Shown piece by piece: positions 38,522-50,842 of a DNA stretch of 64,000 nt; position 1 is the first letter of the stretch; each line of letters opens with the position of its first letter. The notes under the pieces were generated by a model that had not been told where the DNA came from, ran no database searches, and saw nothing but the letters and a program-made list of their open reading frames with translations. Origin of the DNA: Minutocellus sp. GHC0000111 (Eukaryota). Where the stretch lies: positions 2,294,001 to 2,358,000 of the forward strand of contig OZ361260.1 in the NCBI GenBank assembly GCA_977018835.1. Reading direction: 5' to 3'. A program made the translations under genes and the position numbers.

Positions 38522-40555
38522 TTATTCGTAGCCCCGAGCTGGTACGATGTTCGATTTTGTGCCAATGGATGGCCAATCCTCTATCTTCCCAGATTTTTTG
38601 TTCTTGACCCTGATGAATGGACCCATGTGTAGAGATTGAACCTCCCAAATTTCATCCATTCGATCCTCGGTCGTTATTAATCTGCCCTTCTTGATGCCCC
38701 TCTCTGAACTACCAAAGCTATTTTCACATAAAGTAATCGCCCCAAGCTCCAACGACGCCAATTTCGTTTCCAGTTGAGGGCTCATTGTTTTTGGAGGTGA
38801 AAACCTCACACCGATTTTATAGCCTTGGGCTTGAACCTGCTTCAGAATTTCGTCAAAGCATTTCTTCTGCGATTCGGTGTCATCCATTGGAACTGGCACA
38901 CTTGTCAATTGAGCATTGTATTTCGGAACCTTGCTGCATCCTAAACTCTTGTACAGCTTATTGAAATCAAGCTTGGGGCGAGGACGCATTAGTCGATCTT
39001 CTGTGGAGGATTCTTTGCCCTTTGGAACCTCCCATACCGGGACAAAAGAGAAAGGCTTATCGCTGCTCTTTGGATCATACGATCGTCCCCAATATAAACG
39101 ACCACTGAGAGGTCCAGAACCATCTTTGGGCGGAACAGCTATCCGACGTAGAGTGGGATCCCGCTTCCTAAAATCTTTCTGAAGATTGGTAAGCGTGGTC
39201 GACTGTTGGACGGTCACTAGACTGTCTTTTGCATCGCTGCCTTGTTCGATTGCAGCGTCCCAAGCATCAGCGCCCTGGTGGGCAGAGAAATCTTTGCTCG
39301 AAATATTGCAAAAGTCTAAAGGCGATGCTTCCCCTTTAGCCCACTTTGTTTCCTGGTACTGCTCTTCGTCAATAACGTCGACGCATCTTCCCACAACAAA
39401 GACCGTGTCGAGGTAACATTCGCGAATATTTATAGAGCAGAATAGAATTATTGATCCAACCGGGAGCGTGCGCATCTTCTTCAACAGGAACTGCTTGCAC
39501 AGTCCATATCTGAATTCTCCACCAGTCAGTACGAGTGGGTCATTATCACGGATGATTGCTTCCACTGGATACTTGGGACAAAGAAGAGGCGCATATACAC
39601 GTGTCCAAGGTTTGTCCAGTGTAGCAGCTGGCACATCGGTTGATCGAGCTATTTCAGTTGCATATCCAGCATATTCCGCAGCATACCGCACAAGTTTGGT
39701 ACTAGGCTTCTCCCCGACCTTCTTAATCACATGAGCTTTCGTCTGCATTAAGTACCTTTGATCACCTTTTGGTGTTGAGAACACACTGCCCTTTCCTCGC
39801 CAGACGTTCCCATCTTTCAGTGTCAATTCGATGTTCAGAGGATTTTCAATAATATTCGCAGTGTTGGCATTTTGAGGACCCTTGAATGCATCTCTCTCTA
39901 TGCCCGGATGACCAAATATAACACATTTCGGGGTTTCCTGCAATTTTCTCCTGCACTCCAATAGTTCCTCCGCCTCCATCATTTCTTCCTCTCCATTATC
40001 ATACTTCACTCTCCAATGCTCCTTAGAGTTCCCACTGCCTTCGTCTGCATCTAACATTGCCAGGTAGTGTGTCTTTACTTCGCCATATATCAACCCGCGC
40101 CCGTCAAAGAATTTTGCGACTTGGTCGTCAACGAATCTTCCCTTTTTCGTCTTCGCCTTTCCTTTTGCCTTTGCTTTCTTCGATCCGGCCTTCTTTGGCT
40201 GGGGCTTCTTCGATTCGTCATCTTTCTCTGAATTAGTAGACTTCTCTTCCCCCTTCGCTTTATACGAATCATCAATCTTCTTCACATTTGTCGCATCTTG
40301 TTCCTCTTCCAAGGCGATTGCATGCAACAATTCCTTTCGCTCCATGTCTTCGGAATCTCCGTCATCGTAGTCGATCCTCCAGAACTCGAGGTCGTCATTG
40401 CTATCGTAGCGAATTATTGTGCCAAAAAACTTCGTCAATTCTCCATTCTTCCGGCCGTCGTCAAAGAAATACTTTGCCACCCGTCTGCCCACGAATTGAT
40501 CCCCATCCCGTGGCTCCATCTTGATGCGCTTCGCAGCTCGTCGCGGTGATTTCAT
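38522..40555 (-). CDS. Two PTM/DIR17-type Tudor domains fused to an uncharacterised bacterial-like domain
   Basis: VGRRVAKYF...FFGTI...WRIDYDDGDSEDM and VAKFF...WRVKYDNGEEE; Lys-rich linker; then DNDPLVL-FRYGLCKQ-LPVGSIILF-LDTVFVV-FSFVP. Confidence 0.75.
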   Translation of the reverse strand: MKSPRRAAKRIKMEPRDGDQFVGRRVAKYFFDDGRKNGELTKFFGTIIRYDSNDDLEFWRIDYDDGDSEDMERKELLHAIALEEEQDATNVKKIDDSYKAKGEEKSTNSEKDDESKKPQPKKAGSKKAKAKGKAKTKKGRFVDDQVAKFFDGRGLIYGEVKTHYLAMLDADEGSGNSKEHWRVKYDNGEEEMMEAEELLECRRKLQETPKCVIFGHPGIERDAFKGPQNANTANIIENPLNIELTLKDGNVWRGKGSVFSTPKGDQRYLMQTKAHVIKKVGEKPSTKLVRYAAEYAGYATEIARSTDVPAATLDKPWTRVYAPLLCPKYPVEAIIRDNDPLVLTGGEFRYGLCKQFLLKKMRTLPVGSIILFCSINIRECYLDTVFVVGRCVDVIDEEQYQETKWAKGEASPLDFCNISSKDFSAHQGADAWDAAIEQGSDAKDSLVTVQQSTTLTNLQKDFRKRDPTLRRIAVPPKDGSGPLSGRLYWGRSYDPKSSDKPFSFVPVWEVPKGKESSTEDRLMRPRPKLDFNKLYKSLGCSKVPKYNAQLTSVPVPMDDTESQKKCFDEILKQVQAQGYKIGVRFSPPKTMSPQLETKLASLELGAITLCENSFGSSERGIKKGRLITTEDRMDEIWEVQSLHMGPFIRVKNKKSGKIEDWPSIGTKSNIVPARGYE

Positions 40556-40703
40556 TTTCCGGTTACTGTGCGTGGACGGGACGTGTTGCCTTTTTTAATG
40601 GCCGCGGCGCCCATGGCAAAAAAAATGACGTCGCGCCCGCTGCTGGCGCGAGAGGGCGACGGCCAGACTTCGAAAACAACATTCTGCCTTCATTGTCGGC
40701 AAG

Positions 40704-41567
40704 ATGGATACAAGGAAGGACCTGGTCGGAGCCGTTGTGCTCTTGTGTGTGCTACTGATCCAAGTGTCATGCGCAGCTGCGTTTTCCGCTGCCACAAGGC
40801 GTGATGTGCTGAACAAGGCAGTGGTAGTTCCAGCGGCTACTTTCGCTGGTGTTCAACCGGCAAATTCCGCCCAAACGACGGCCGAGGCGATTCGAAGGAC
40901 GGCGGCTGGTATTCCTGGCTACGGCCAGCCCGATGTTTACTACCCAACCTCATATCTGGGACGATGGAAGGCTACAAAGACAATCGTGGTCAGTGACAAC
41001 CCGTATCTCAACGCAAATGGCTTGCTTCCCATCTCCCTCAACTTCGAGATGAAATTCATATCGGTCGATGGAGATTCCAAGGAGGAGGCGGAGAACGCCG
41101 TGGGTGGCAAGGTGGTGGCAGACCGCGCATTCAACGAGCAATCGTATTATGAAGCTTTTCGAAATGCAGTGTCGTCAAATGGCAGGGGGCCACCCGCGTT
41201 GAGATCAGCTGTCTGGGTGCCAACCAACCCGAATGTACTAACTTCAACCTATGATGATGGCACATCACAGGAAATAAAGGTGACGAAAAGAGCAGCCACG
41301 TTGGAGCAAGACGGTGAAGGGACCGTGTCTTCTTCTGAATACCGACGAATTAGTGACGTTGGAGCAAATGGCATTCCTGTTCTTTCGGCGAGCAGATCAC
41401 TAACGAAGTGGAGAAGGGACGGGTCATCTATTGAGGCAATCGAAGTGGTCTATGCAGACGGAGTGATGGGAGATCCCATGGGTGGAGTCGGCGGTGGTGC
41501 AGCTGGCAAGCAAGGTGCTCCGACAGTCAGTTCCAAGTCAAGATTATCGCTGCAGAGAATACAATAG
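40704..41567 (+). CDS. Plastid (probably thylakoid-lumen) conserved protein, DUF6816-like
   Basis: AAAF motif, RRDVL twin-Arg-like segment, IPGYGQPDVYYP, VADRAFN, NPNVL, SEYRR. Confidence 0.75.
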   Translation: MDTRKDLVGAVVLLCVLLIQVSCAAAFSAATRRDVLNKAVVVPAATFAGVQPANSAQTTAEAIRRTAAGIPGYGQPDVYYPTSYLGRWKATKTIVVSDNPYLNANGLLPISLNFEMKFISVDGDSKEEAENAVGGKVVADRAFNEQSYYEAFRNAVSSNGRGPPALRSAVWVPTNPNVLTSTYDDGTSQEIKVTKRAATLEQDGEGTVSSSEYRRISDVGANGIPVLSASRSLTKWRRDGSSIEAIEVVYADGVMGDPMGGVGGGAAGKQGAPTVSSKSRLSLQRIQ

Positions 41568-41625
41568 TTAATTGATCAACCTCCTACGATCGTAGCTACG
41601 TAGTTTATCGATTGCATATTCACCA

Positions 41626-42891
41626 TCAACTGCTTGTCATCGTCTCCCCCACCAAGTTTTGAAGCGCAGCGCTCATTTGCTGGAGAGGCAGTAGTGGGAA
41701 GGGGTTCTCTACTTCCATTCCGATTTCGTCTACGCCTATGAGCACGTACGAGACAATAGCGCTGGCAATCATGCTTCCGAGAGAAGGCATGCCACTTGCT
41801 ACGCTCGAGAGGGGCAATATTGCCAGAAAGAGGCACATGATTCTACTCAAGTGCCTCGAATAAGTCGGGGGGATCGGAGAACCCAAAAGTCGCTCACAAC
41901 CACCTGTACTTGCATCCAAATCGTCAAGGGCACTCTCCATGGACGAATGGGGTGTGAAAAAGTTCGAGCTCTTCATCGACACTCCGGCTATCAAACATCG
42001 GATTCTATGCACAATTGCAATCGGGGTTTTCATTGTCTGCGCTTGCAACCAATCTGCTTCCTCCTTGCCCAGCATCAACACATAAACTTCCCTCTGGCTA
42101 TTGATACTTTCGTTCCTAACCATGGCCTTGATTGACCAGCCAAGTATTGAAAGATATCGTGCAGCCAATATCGCAGATTCCGGATCTATGGGCATCACAT
42201 AAACCTTCAATGTAGAAGCCAGATTACGCCCTCTCAGAATCAGACGACCCCAAAGTATCCTCGCCTCATTCAATCTCCCCAGACTTGCATTCGCCCGCAA
42301 CGTAAGTAGGAGTGCGAGTGGTGCACTCAATGATCCCAGCGCAGCAGCAGCGCCTTTGGTCGCCGCATTCAACTGATACTCACCAATCTTGGCGTGTCGG
42401 AATATGTACGTCATGACGAGCGAGTAGGTCGCAGAGATGATTACAGCTGGGAGAATCTTCCTGGCGGATGTGCTTAACGGCCATTTGGAAATGTGTCGGG
42501 TGTATCGCACATGAGGTGGGTCGGCATGTTTAAGCCACGTCAACGGTGTCCACAACCGAGTGTAACTTGAGCCGGCCGATATCATGGCAATGGGAGCACT
42601 CTGATCAGCAGAAGGGTCTGGCGGCCGTATGGCAGAAAGCTGCATCAGATCCTTGGAAAAGTTCGATAGTAATTGTTCGTCTACCCCAGGAGCTCTAGAA
42701 GGCGATTCTCCAGATGATCCGGATGCCGATCCAAAAAGGGCCGCATCATGAGCGGCATGTACATGAAGCCGAGATATGCTCTGGGGATCTGGAGCGAATG
42801 CTAGAACGGCACTTTGATTGCACGACACAAACAGCGGCCACAAGAGAGCAACAAATGTGCATTGGGTGGGAGTAGAGAGATACCACGCCAT
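41626..42891 (-). CDS. Plastid-targeted bestrophin-like (UPF0187/VCCN/BST) anion channel
   Basis: VLAFAP motif, LLTLRANASLGRLNEARILWG, CERLLGSPIPPTYSRHLSR, GVDEIGMEVENPF. Confidence 0.92.
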   Translation of the reverse strand: MAWYLSTPTQCTFVALLWPLFVSCNQSAVLAFAPDPQSISRLHVHAAHDAALFGSASGSSGESPSRAPGVDEQLLSNFSKDLMQLSAIRPPDPSADQSAPIAMISAGSSYTRLWTPLTWLKHADPPHVRYTRHISKWPLSTSARKILPAVIISATYSLVMTYIFRHAKIGEYQLNAATKGAAAALGSLSAPLALLLTLRANASLGRLNEARILWGRLILRGRNLASTLKVYVMPIDPESAILAARYLSILGWSIKAMVRNESINSQREVYVLMLGKEEADWLQAQTMKTPIAIVHRIRCLIAGVSMKSSNFFTPHSSMESALDDLDASTGGCERLLGSPIPPTYSRHLSRIMCLFLAILPLSSVASGMPSLGSMIASAIVSYVLIGVDEIGMEVENPFPLLPLQQMSAALQNLVGETMTSS

Positions 42892-43034
42892 TATCGGCAC
42901 CTGCTCTAATCTTCGGGGAGTTGTGAATAAAATGCGGCAGGTCGCGGAGGAAGGAGGAAGTTCAGTTGTCCAAGCACCCCGAGTCTTTCGATAGGATACC
43001 CTCCAAGAAAGATCGGCGGGGCGCGCGGTGCAAC

Positions 43035-43072
43035 GCAGGCGAACCCACAGCTTGTGCAGGCGAACCCACAGC
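43035..43072. repeat. 17-bp direct repeat GCAGGCGAACCCACAGC x2
   Basis: Copies at 43035-43051 and 43056-43072, in a divergent intergenic region. Confidence 0.85.
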
Positions 43073-43194
43073 CTTTTACCGCTCATTATTGGACAAATAT
43101 CATGAATTCTGCTGGCGCTGTGGTGAGACGATCGAATCTATCTACCCATTGAGAACTATCCAATCACAATGCAAATGGCAAGGCCAGCAAGGCG

Positions 43195-44385
43195 ATGAAA
43201 ACGCGAAAGAGAAAAGCTCTCGAAATCACTGATGACTCCGAAGCGCCAAGCCTCCCAGCACCTGTGTGGGGACAAATTCTAGACTTCTTGACGTACAAGG
43301 AGGTCCGGTCCGCTCTTCTGGTCTGTAAAATGGTTGGCGCAGTGGCTGTTGAGCATATTAGCCAGCTTACACTTCTAAGATCTTGCGAGCTTGAGGCACG
43401 CTGTGCACGCCGCTTTAAAAACGTCAGGACGGTGAAAATTAACTGCCTCGTCAACAATATCCAGCCAGCTCAGCAATATGATGATTGTACTTGCACCCTC
43501 GATGTGGAGGCAACGAGTAGAGTGGTGACGTTTCTCGCCATCTTTCCCAAACTTTCCTTTGTGAGACTCTGTGGCTACCATGCTCCCACAAGGCGCCTCT
43601 ACCCTTACAGACCAGAGAATTGCAACAGCCCACGTGATCATCGCGATGTCCTCCGAGGCTTCATGATCTCGCTTTGCGGAGCGTTTCGGTCCGGTGCACT
43701 TCCTCAGAGTCTTCAGATAGAGGGTCTTTTAAACGCGTATCAGTGTGAAGATGTCCCTCCTACTAGTGATGATAATCAGAGTGGACAATGCAGCTTCTGT
43801 CGAAGTATTTGTCATAGTTTCCCACTGAACTACTTGCGATGGCTCGTTGCGAGGGAGCAGTCCTGTATCCCAACAGATGAAATCATTCGGATCATCAAAG
43901 GACGAGATTGGAGCGACAAATGTGTGCGAGTGTCCCTCAGTTCGACCATTATGAAATGCTCTCACTTTCGGCTTCGGGATCAGAATGAGTTCGTTGCATC
44001 ATTTGTTGAAGAAATGCGGAGGAGGGGATCGATCTCGCCGGACACCATCTACTACATACCGGGTACTCGATTGAAGATGGTTTTGGCGCTTCTAGAGCTA
44101 GACAATGGCAACATTATCTCTGATGGGGAGGCTCTTCTGCCCCTATTAGTTCCAAGCCATCCTAATGGAGGGTATACTATTGCCAATACGACCCTGGTTG
44201 CCCTTCAGTCTGTCATAGATGTTGGTGGGCTAAAGGACAAGCTGGTTGTCGTTGACGACAAGAACGAACCGGCCTTGGCCCATCTAAAGCTTGACGTTGA
44301 TACCGCTCTGTATAATGAGCCAGGACATGAAAGTTCTAAATTGATTGCGTTTGCTTGCTCCCTTGAACTACTTGATGAATTTTGA
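43195..44385 (+). CDS. Protein with an N-terminal F-box-like motif
   Basis: SLPAPVWGQILDFLTYKEVRSALLVCK; 396-aa intronless ORF. Confidence 0.7.
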   Translation: MKTRKRKALEITDDSEAPSLPAPVWGQILDFLTYKEVRSALLVCKMVGAVAVEHISQLTLLRSCELEARCARRFKNVRTVKINCLVNNIQPAQQYDDCTCTLDVEATSRVVTFLAIFPKLSFVRLCGYHAPTRRLYPYRPENCNSPRDHRDVLRGFMISLCGAFRSGALPQSLQIEGLLNAYQCEDVPPTSDDNQSGQCSFCRSICHSFPLNYLRWLVAREQSCIPTDEIIRIIKGRDWSDKCVRVSLSSTIMKCSHFRLRDQNEFVASFVEEMRRRGSISPDTIYYIPGTRLKMVLALLELDNGNIISDGEALLPLLVPSHPNGGYTIANTTLVALQSVIDVGGLKDKLVVVDDKNEPALAHLKLDVDTALYNEPGHESSKLIAFACSLELLDEF

Positions 44386-44791
44386 TTGATTTTGAATTGC
44401 TTGATACTAATATTGCAGAATTAGAAAAGAAATAATCTACGTAGATTATGGTTTGATTTTTCCAACGCTTCGGTAGTGTGATCAGAGTATCAGAAAGAAC
44501 TCTTTACCCCACGCCACCGAATGATTCGCAGGAAGTAATAGCCAAACCACAGAACTAGTGCTCAACCCGCACGTGAAACGTAATAATCGCTCGACCAACA
44601 AAACGTGTGTGTACAGTGTTTCTAAACCCCGGCCCAATATGTTGCACGCGCGCATCCAATCATCAATCGTTTGTTGCTCGATGGTTCCGTCCTCTCCGGT
44701 TCGGTATCGGCCGGCCGGTCGTCCCCATCTAACAACGTCCAACGCCCGACTGGACTCTATACAAGCTACGCGGCAATGTACAGATAAATGA

Positions 44792-45805
<1,014 letters not shown>

Positions 45806-46105
45806 CTTTGCTTGTCTTTTGGTGTTGGTTTGGTGGTATCTCTTTCGAGTTGATTGTGAGCCACCGCCGTTGCCTCGACGCCAGGACTGGCACGGCTGGA
45901 CTGGACCCGTTCGATTGGATGTGACTGACTCGACTAATTTCGATGGATGTCAATATGACGTCAGGTAGAAAGTCCGTGCGTGCTTCGCATCGACCGACCG
46001 CACAAACTCGGCCTCATGCGTCTCATCCGTCTCATCCGTCACGCTACCAGAAAGCTCGAAGGTGACACTCAAATATCTTTCAACTCGCAACAAATCAACC
46101 AAATA

Positions 46106-46939
46106 ATGAGCTCTACCGAAGTCACATTCAAGCAAGGCGAGGACTGCTGCGGCTGCAACTGCACCGACGGTAAGTGAAATGACCAAAGAACTGCGCAGTG
46201 TGCTGACGAACCGACTTCGCATCGGCAAAAGTAGCATCCAAGCTTTTTGGATTCGGCTTCCACGGTCGTTGCGAACCCATTGTATTTGATTCGGCTCATT
46301 GCCGACGTTTTCCAATGGTCACCATATGCATCAGCGTTCGCTACTTCCGCGACGACTGTATCATCGTCCATTTATTTGTGGTTGTTCGATTCATTCCTTC
46401 GAAATTCTCTCACCTACTTTCCTTTTTCCCATCACCTGTGCATCCACCCTCATTCATCGAAAGAGCCTCTCGGAACCGGCGGCTGCTGCTTCACATTCTG
46501 GTGCCCCTGCTTCGCCTTCTGCACGGCCAGTGACAACGCCAAGGTCGACGACTTGGGCATCCTGTACGCGGTCTTGGGATTCATTCCCGTTGGTAATCTC
46601 ATTTCCGCCACCATCCTGAGCATGCACGTTGAGGAGAAGCGCAATCTGAAGAAGCATGGTTGCGTCTGGGTGGGTACAATTCAATTCAGCTGCAGTCAAT
46701 TATGACGCCTTTCTATTCTCGTATATATCGTTTGCTAAGCTTGTGCCGTCATTTGTTTTCTTTCGGTCCATTCGCAATCATGTATATACACATACCAGCA
46801 CTGCTGCAACTCCTACTTCAATCTTTGCACTTGCCACACGTGCCGCATCGTCAATGAGTGCAAGGTCTACGAGGCCGAGGGAGCCGTTGGTGCTTCTGCA
46901 CCTACCTCCAGCAAGATGGTTCGCGCTCAGGCTGAATAA
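46106..46939 (+). CDS. PLAC8-like Cys-rich small membrane protein
   Basis: Three exons; CCFTFWCPCFAF, HCCNSYFNLCTCHTCRIVNECK. Confidence 0.8.
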
Positions 46940-47273
46940 ATTCGGTGAATCGATTATGATTGGTGGGAGTGATATGCAACTGCAAACAGAAGGCGAGAAG
47001 GCATCTTATGAGAAATCCAATTCCAACCTCAATTTTTTCTCACAAATACTAAATGAATGAAGCAGCTTTTCTTTACGAGCAATAAGCAACAGGCACGTAA
47101 GTTGCTTTAGTCCCATAGCAAGATAGTAGTCTACTATAAATGTAAAAATAAACGATAACGGTCATGATGATATTTATTAGCGAATTGGACTCCGTCATCT
47201 CGTACAATCATCCTCTGCCGTGTGCGCTGAACCTTCCTGCCTTGATAATTTCATTAAAATGCGCAGGATCTAG

Positions 47274-48227
47274 CTAGTTTACGCCAGGGATCGGGTGGTA
47301 AAAGGTGTAGCTCGACCACATCGTCACCAAAGCCACGACGATGCCGATCCCCAATCTTGTACCGACCTGAGCAACCCACTCGGATCGGAGTGCTTCGTCG
47401 TCGGTCACCATCTCATCTCTGTAGATATCATTGCCCGAATTGAAGAAGAAGAAATCGATGAGAACCGATGCAAACGCAAGCATGGGGAGGCGGCTCATAA
47501 TGTCTGCATCGTGCGCAATCTCGTCCAGGTCCTTGGCCGAGAGCGGGGCATACATGGCGTTGGGGTCAACTCCGGGAGTTTTAAAGAAGGTTTCTGGCTG
47601 CCCAGTGGGTAGCCGATCGCGCAGCATTTCGGAACTGAGAGACGGTTCCCCCATAGTGGCCGCACTCTGTCGTTTGATGGCGTTCAGTGCTTCCTCCTTG
47701 TCATATGGGAGGAAGAAATCTTTGACTTTAGCTGCCTCCTCCATCTGCTTAGTGTCACCGAAACCAGGAGGGACGGATCCGTCAATTTTGATTCCATCAA
47801 TTGTCACATCTCCCTTCCATTGCAAGAAGTCAAGTCCGTACTGTACACTGTGCTCTTTTCCGAACTGGCCGAAGCTCTTGAATATTTCGGGATGATATTT
47901 TGCCTCCGCCAACGATGAAGCGGAGGTGGTGATGGATGTGAAGGCGCTCTCCACCTGAGACGTGACGTGATGTCCATGATCCTGCAGAAGATCGGCCGCT
48001 GCCTGAGCATGAGTTACGGCATCAGAAGGGCCCATCACCATCCCCAAAGGCCCGACCACTGCATTGGCTCTCCCATTCCATTGCTGCTTCGGCTGTTGTC
48101 TGGCTTTTGTAACGGTAGCTGCTTTTTGTGCCATCGGCGATGACAACGAGGAAGGCCCAAATGCCACCACTTCTCGTGCCGCTGGCAATACCAACGCTAA
48201 TAGCAGGAACATCTCGTTAGAAACCAT
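47274..48227 (-). CDS. Plastid-targeted membrane protein of unknown function
   Basis: Signal peptide + VVAF motif; two C-terminal hydrophobic helices. Confidence 0.75.
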   Translation of the reverse strand: MVSNEMFLLLALVLPAAREVVAFGPSSLSSPMAQKAATVTKARQQPKQQWNGRANAVVGPLGMVMGPSDAVTHAQAAADLLQDHGHHVTSQVESAFTSITTSASSLAEAKYHPEIFKSFGQFGKEHSVQYGLDFLQWKGDVTIDGIKIDGSVPPGFGDTKQMEEAAKVKDFFLPYDKEEALNAIKRQSAATMGEPSLSSEMLRDRLPTGQPETFFKTPGVDPNAMYAPLSAKDLDEIAHDADIMSRLPMLAFASVLIDFFFFNSGNDIYRDEMVTDDEALRSEWVAQVGTRLGIGIVVALVTMWSSYTFYHPIPGVN

Positions 48228-48607
48228 AGTTTATTCTCGGCTGGGGGGTAGCGCGTATCTATGTTTGGTCGCTGGGATGCACTTCCAACGCAACGTTGGT
48301 CACTGACGTCTGGACTTGGAGAAGTTCAACCGAGGAGGAAATAGGTACTGAGCTCATTGACTTTTTTGTGACCCGCTCGACTGGATGTGCGAGACAGCAG
48401 CAGCAGAATGAATGAGCTACAGTGCACGCATGGCTCAGTTTGTCATGCTTGAACCCTACTGTTTATCTACTACAACATATCGATGAGGGTGTTGGTCGCA
48501 AAAACTCTGGAAGCAGCATGGTCTCTCATTCACAAAGACTCGTCTCCCTCACGTCACCACATCCCTATCGAAAATAAATCAGATCTCTTCTGGCAGGATG
48601 AATGAAA

Positions 48608-50415
48608 TTAGGCAAAGTAATCCAGACTGCCCTTCTTCCTTGCCGCAACTACGCTTGTGGCCTCAACAAAATCTTCATGAGAAATCTCGCTGTGTTCGTT
48701 TCGGAGGGCAAGCATACCGGCCTCGACACAGACAGCCTTGAGCTGTGCTCCGTTGAAATCCTCGCAGTTGCGAGCCAATTCCTCGAATACCACGTCCTTT
48801 CCGACGTTCATCTTCCGGCTGTGGATGCGCATAATCTTGGATCGGGCCTCCTCGGTGGGGTGCGGGAGCTCGATCTTACGATCCAACCGTCCCGAACGGA
48901 GCAGGGCAGGATCGAGCACGTCGGGTCTGTATTGTGGAGGCGAGAAAGGTTGAATGTTCTGTGTGAGTAAAACAATATCAATGCTAAGCTAAACTAAATG
49001 CACATGGCCCCTTAGTATCAGACCGCACCCAGGTACTTACCGATTGGTCGCCGCAATGACCTTGATCATGTCGTTCGACGTGAAGCCATCAAGCTGACTA
49101 AGAAGCTCGAGCATGGTCCGCTGCACCTCGCGATCACCGGACTGGTCACCACCGAACCGCTTGGTACCGATGGCATCGATCTCGTCGATGAAGAGGATGG
49201 CACCCTGGCTGGTGCCGTTCTCGATCTTCTCCTTGGCCAGATCGAAGGCATCGCGGATGAGCTTGGCACCGTCACCGATGAACATCTGAACGAGCTGCGG
49301 TCCCGCGAGCTTGAGGAAGATGGCATTGGTTTGGTTGGCGCAGGCACGGGCCAGCAGGGTCTTGCCGGTACCGGGCGGTCCGTGAAGGAGGACGCCCTTG
49401 GGAGGGCGGATGCCAATGGTATCGAACATGTCCTTGTGCGTCATGGGGAGGACGACGGCCTCGATGAGCTCCTGAATTTGCTTGTCGGCTCCGCCGATGT
49501 CGGAATACTCCTCGGTCGGCCGCTCGTCGACCTCCATGGCCTTGACGCGGGAGTCGAATTCGGTGGGAAGCTTCTCGAGGATGAGGTAGGAGTCCTTGTT
49601 GGTGCCCACCAGGTCGGAGGGTTTGAGGTCGTCCACCTCGACGAGGCCGGGAACGGGCAGGTAGATGGTTTGTCTGGTCGATGTGCGGATGACGGCGCTC
49701 TTGGTCTTGCGGGTAGCGTTGGCGTCGGTGGCGGCACCCTCCTCGTCGGCCTCTTCGGCTTCAAGGCCTGGATGGATTAATAGATGTTAAAGAAGGGATA
49801 AGGGATCTGTTTGGTGAGTGGCATATACGACAAGCAATAATAACTTCTTCAAGCCATAACAATCACAAAACTCCAGGCAAAACAAAAATGAGCACGACCA
49901 TTTGCATGCGTTATTTATTTGTGCATTTACGCCGCGCCTGTCTTTCTTCAACCAAAAAACTCACCATCCTCGGCCTCCGGATCGAGGACCTCCACGACGT
50001 TGCCGACCAGGTACGGCAGCTGCTTGTTGACCTTGACCTTCTCCTGGTTCTCCTTGATCCGCTCCCGCTGGCCCCGACTCTCGTGGGCGATGCGCTGCAG
50101 ATCGCTGCGCATGATGCGAATGTCGTTGTCGAGGAGGTGGATGCGCTGCCGGAGCTCGGCGGTCGACATATGGCGGGTCTCGTCCTCCAACTCGGCGTCG
50201 AGGGCGGCCTCGGCGGGATCCTGCTCGGGGGGCTCGTCGTCCTTGGACTCTTCGGCACCGCCATTGCCGGAGGAGGAGGCGGACGACGAGGCGGCCGTGG
50301 CCTCGCTCTTGTCGTCGTCCTTTCCTCCTCCGCCGTTATTGCCGGAGCCGGATTCGCCGGCGTCGCCGCCTCCCCAGATGTCGGCTCCCTCGAGGTCGTC
50401 GTTGTCGTTGCTCAT
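48608..50415 (-). CDS. RPT5: 26S proteasome regulatory ATPase RPT5 (PSMC3)
   Basis: Exons 50415-49965, 49767-49041, 48926-48608. [41 protein letters not shown] followed by a stop. Confidence 0.98.
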
Positions 50416-50842
50416 GGCTGTGTACTTGGTATCTGTCTGCTACGTGTACCGGAGCGGCAGATGTGACTGTTTTTGGTGCGTATCCTGCCCCTCCTCATCG
50501 TTCCAGCCCCTTCCATGAAAATCGGGATCAAATCAAATCAAAATTCGGGATCAAATTCAATTAACGTGATATACCAATGTCCGAGCAGCTCCTGGCCGTC
50601 CAATCTCGCTCGAAAGCTTCAACTCGGCCTCTTCAACTTCCACCTCGACCACCCAGGCAAAGAGGCAAGGCAAGGGTCTCTCTTGTTCTAGCTATCTCTA
50701 CCAGCTTCGTCGTCTTACTTAGTACCCATTGCTTTCGGGGAGGTGAAAATCGATACGTCGTACCTCTCGCCATACTGAGACATATTTGTGTTCTTTCTGG
50801 TTTGCAATCTTGAACTACCATTGCCACTGACCTTGATGATCA

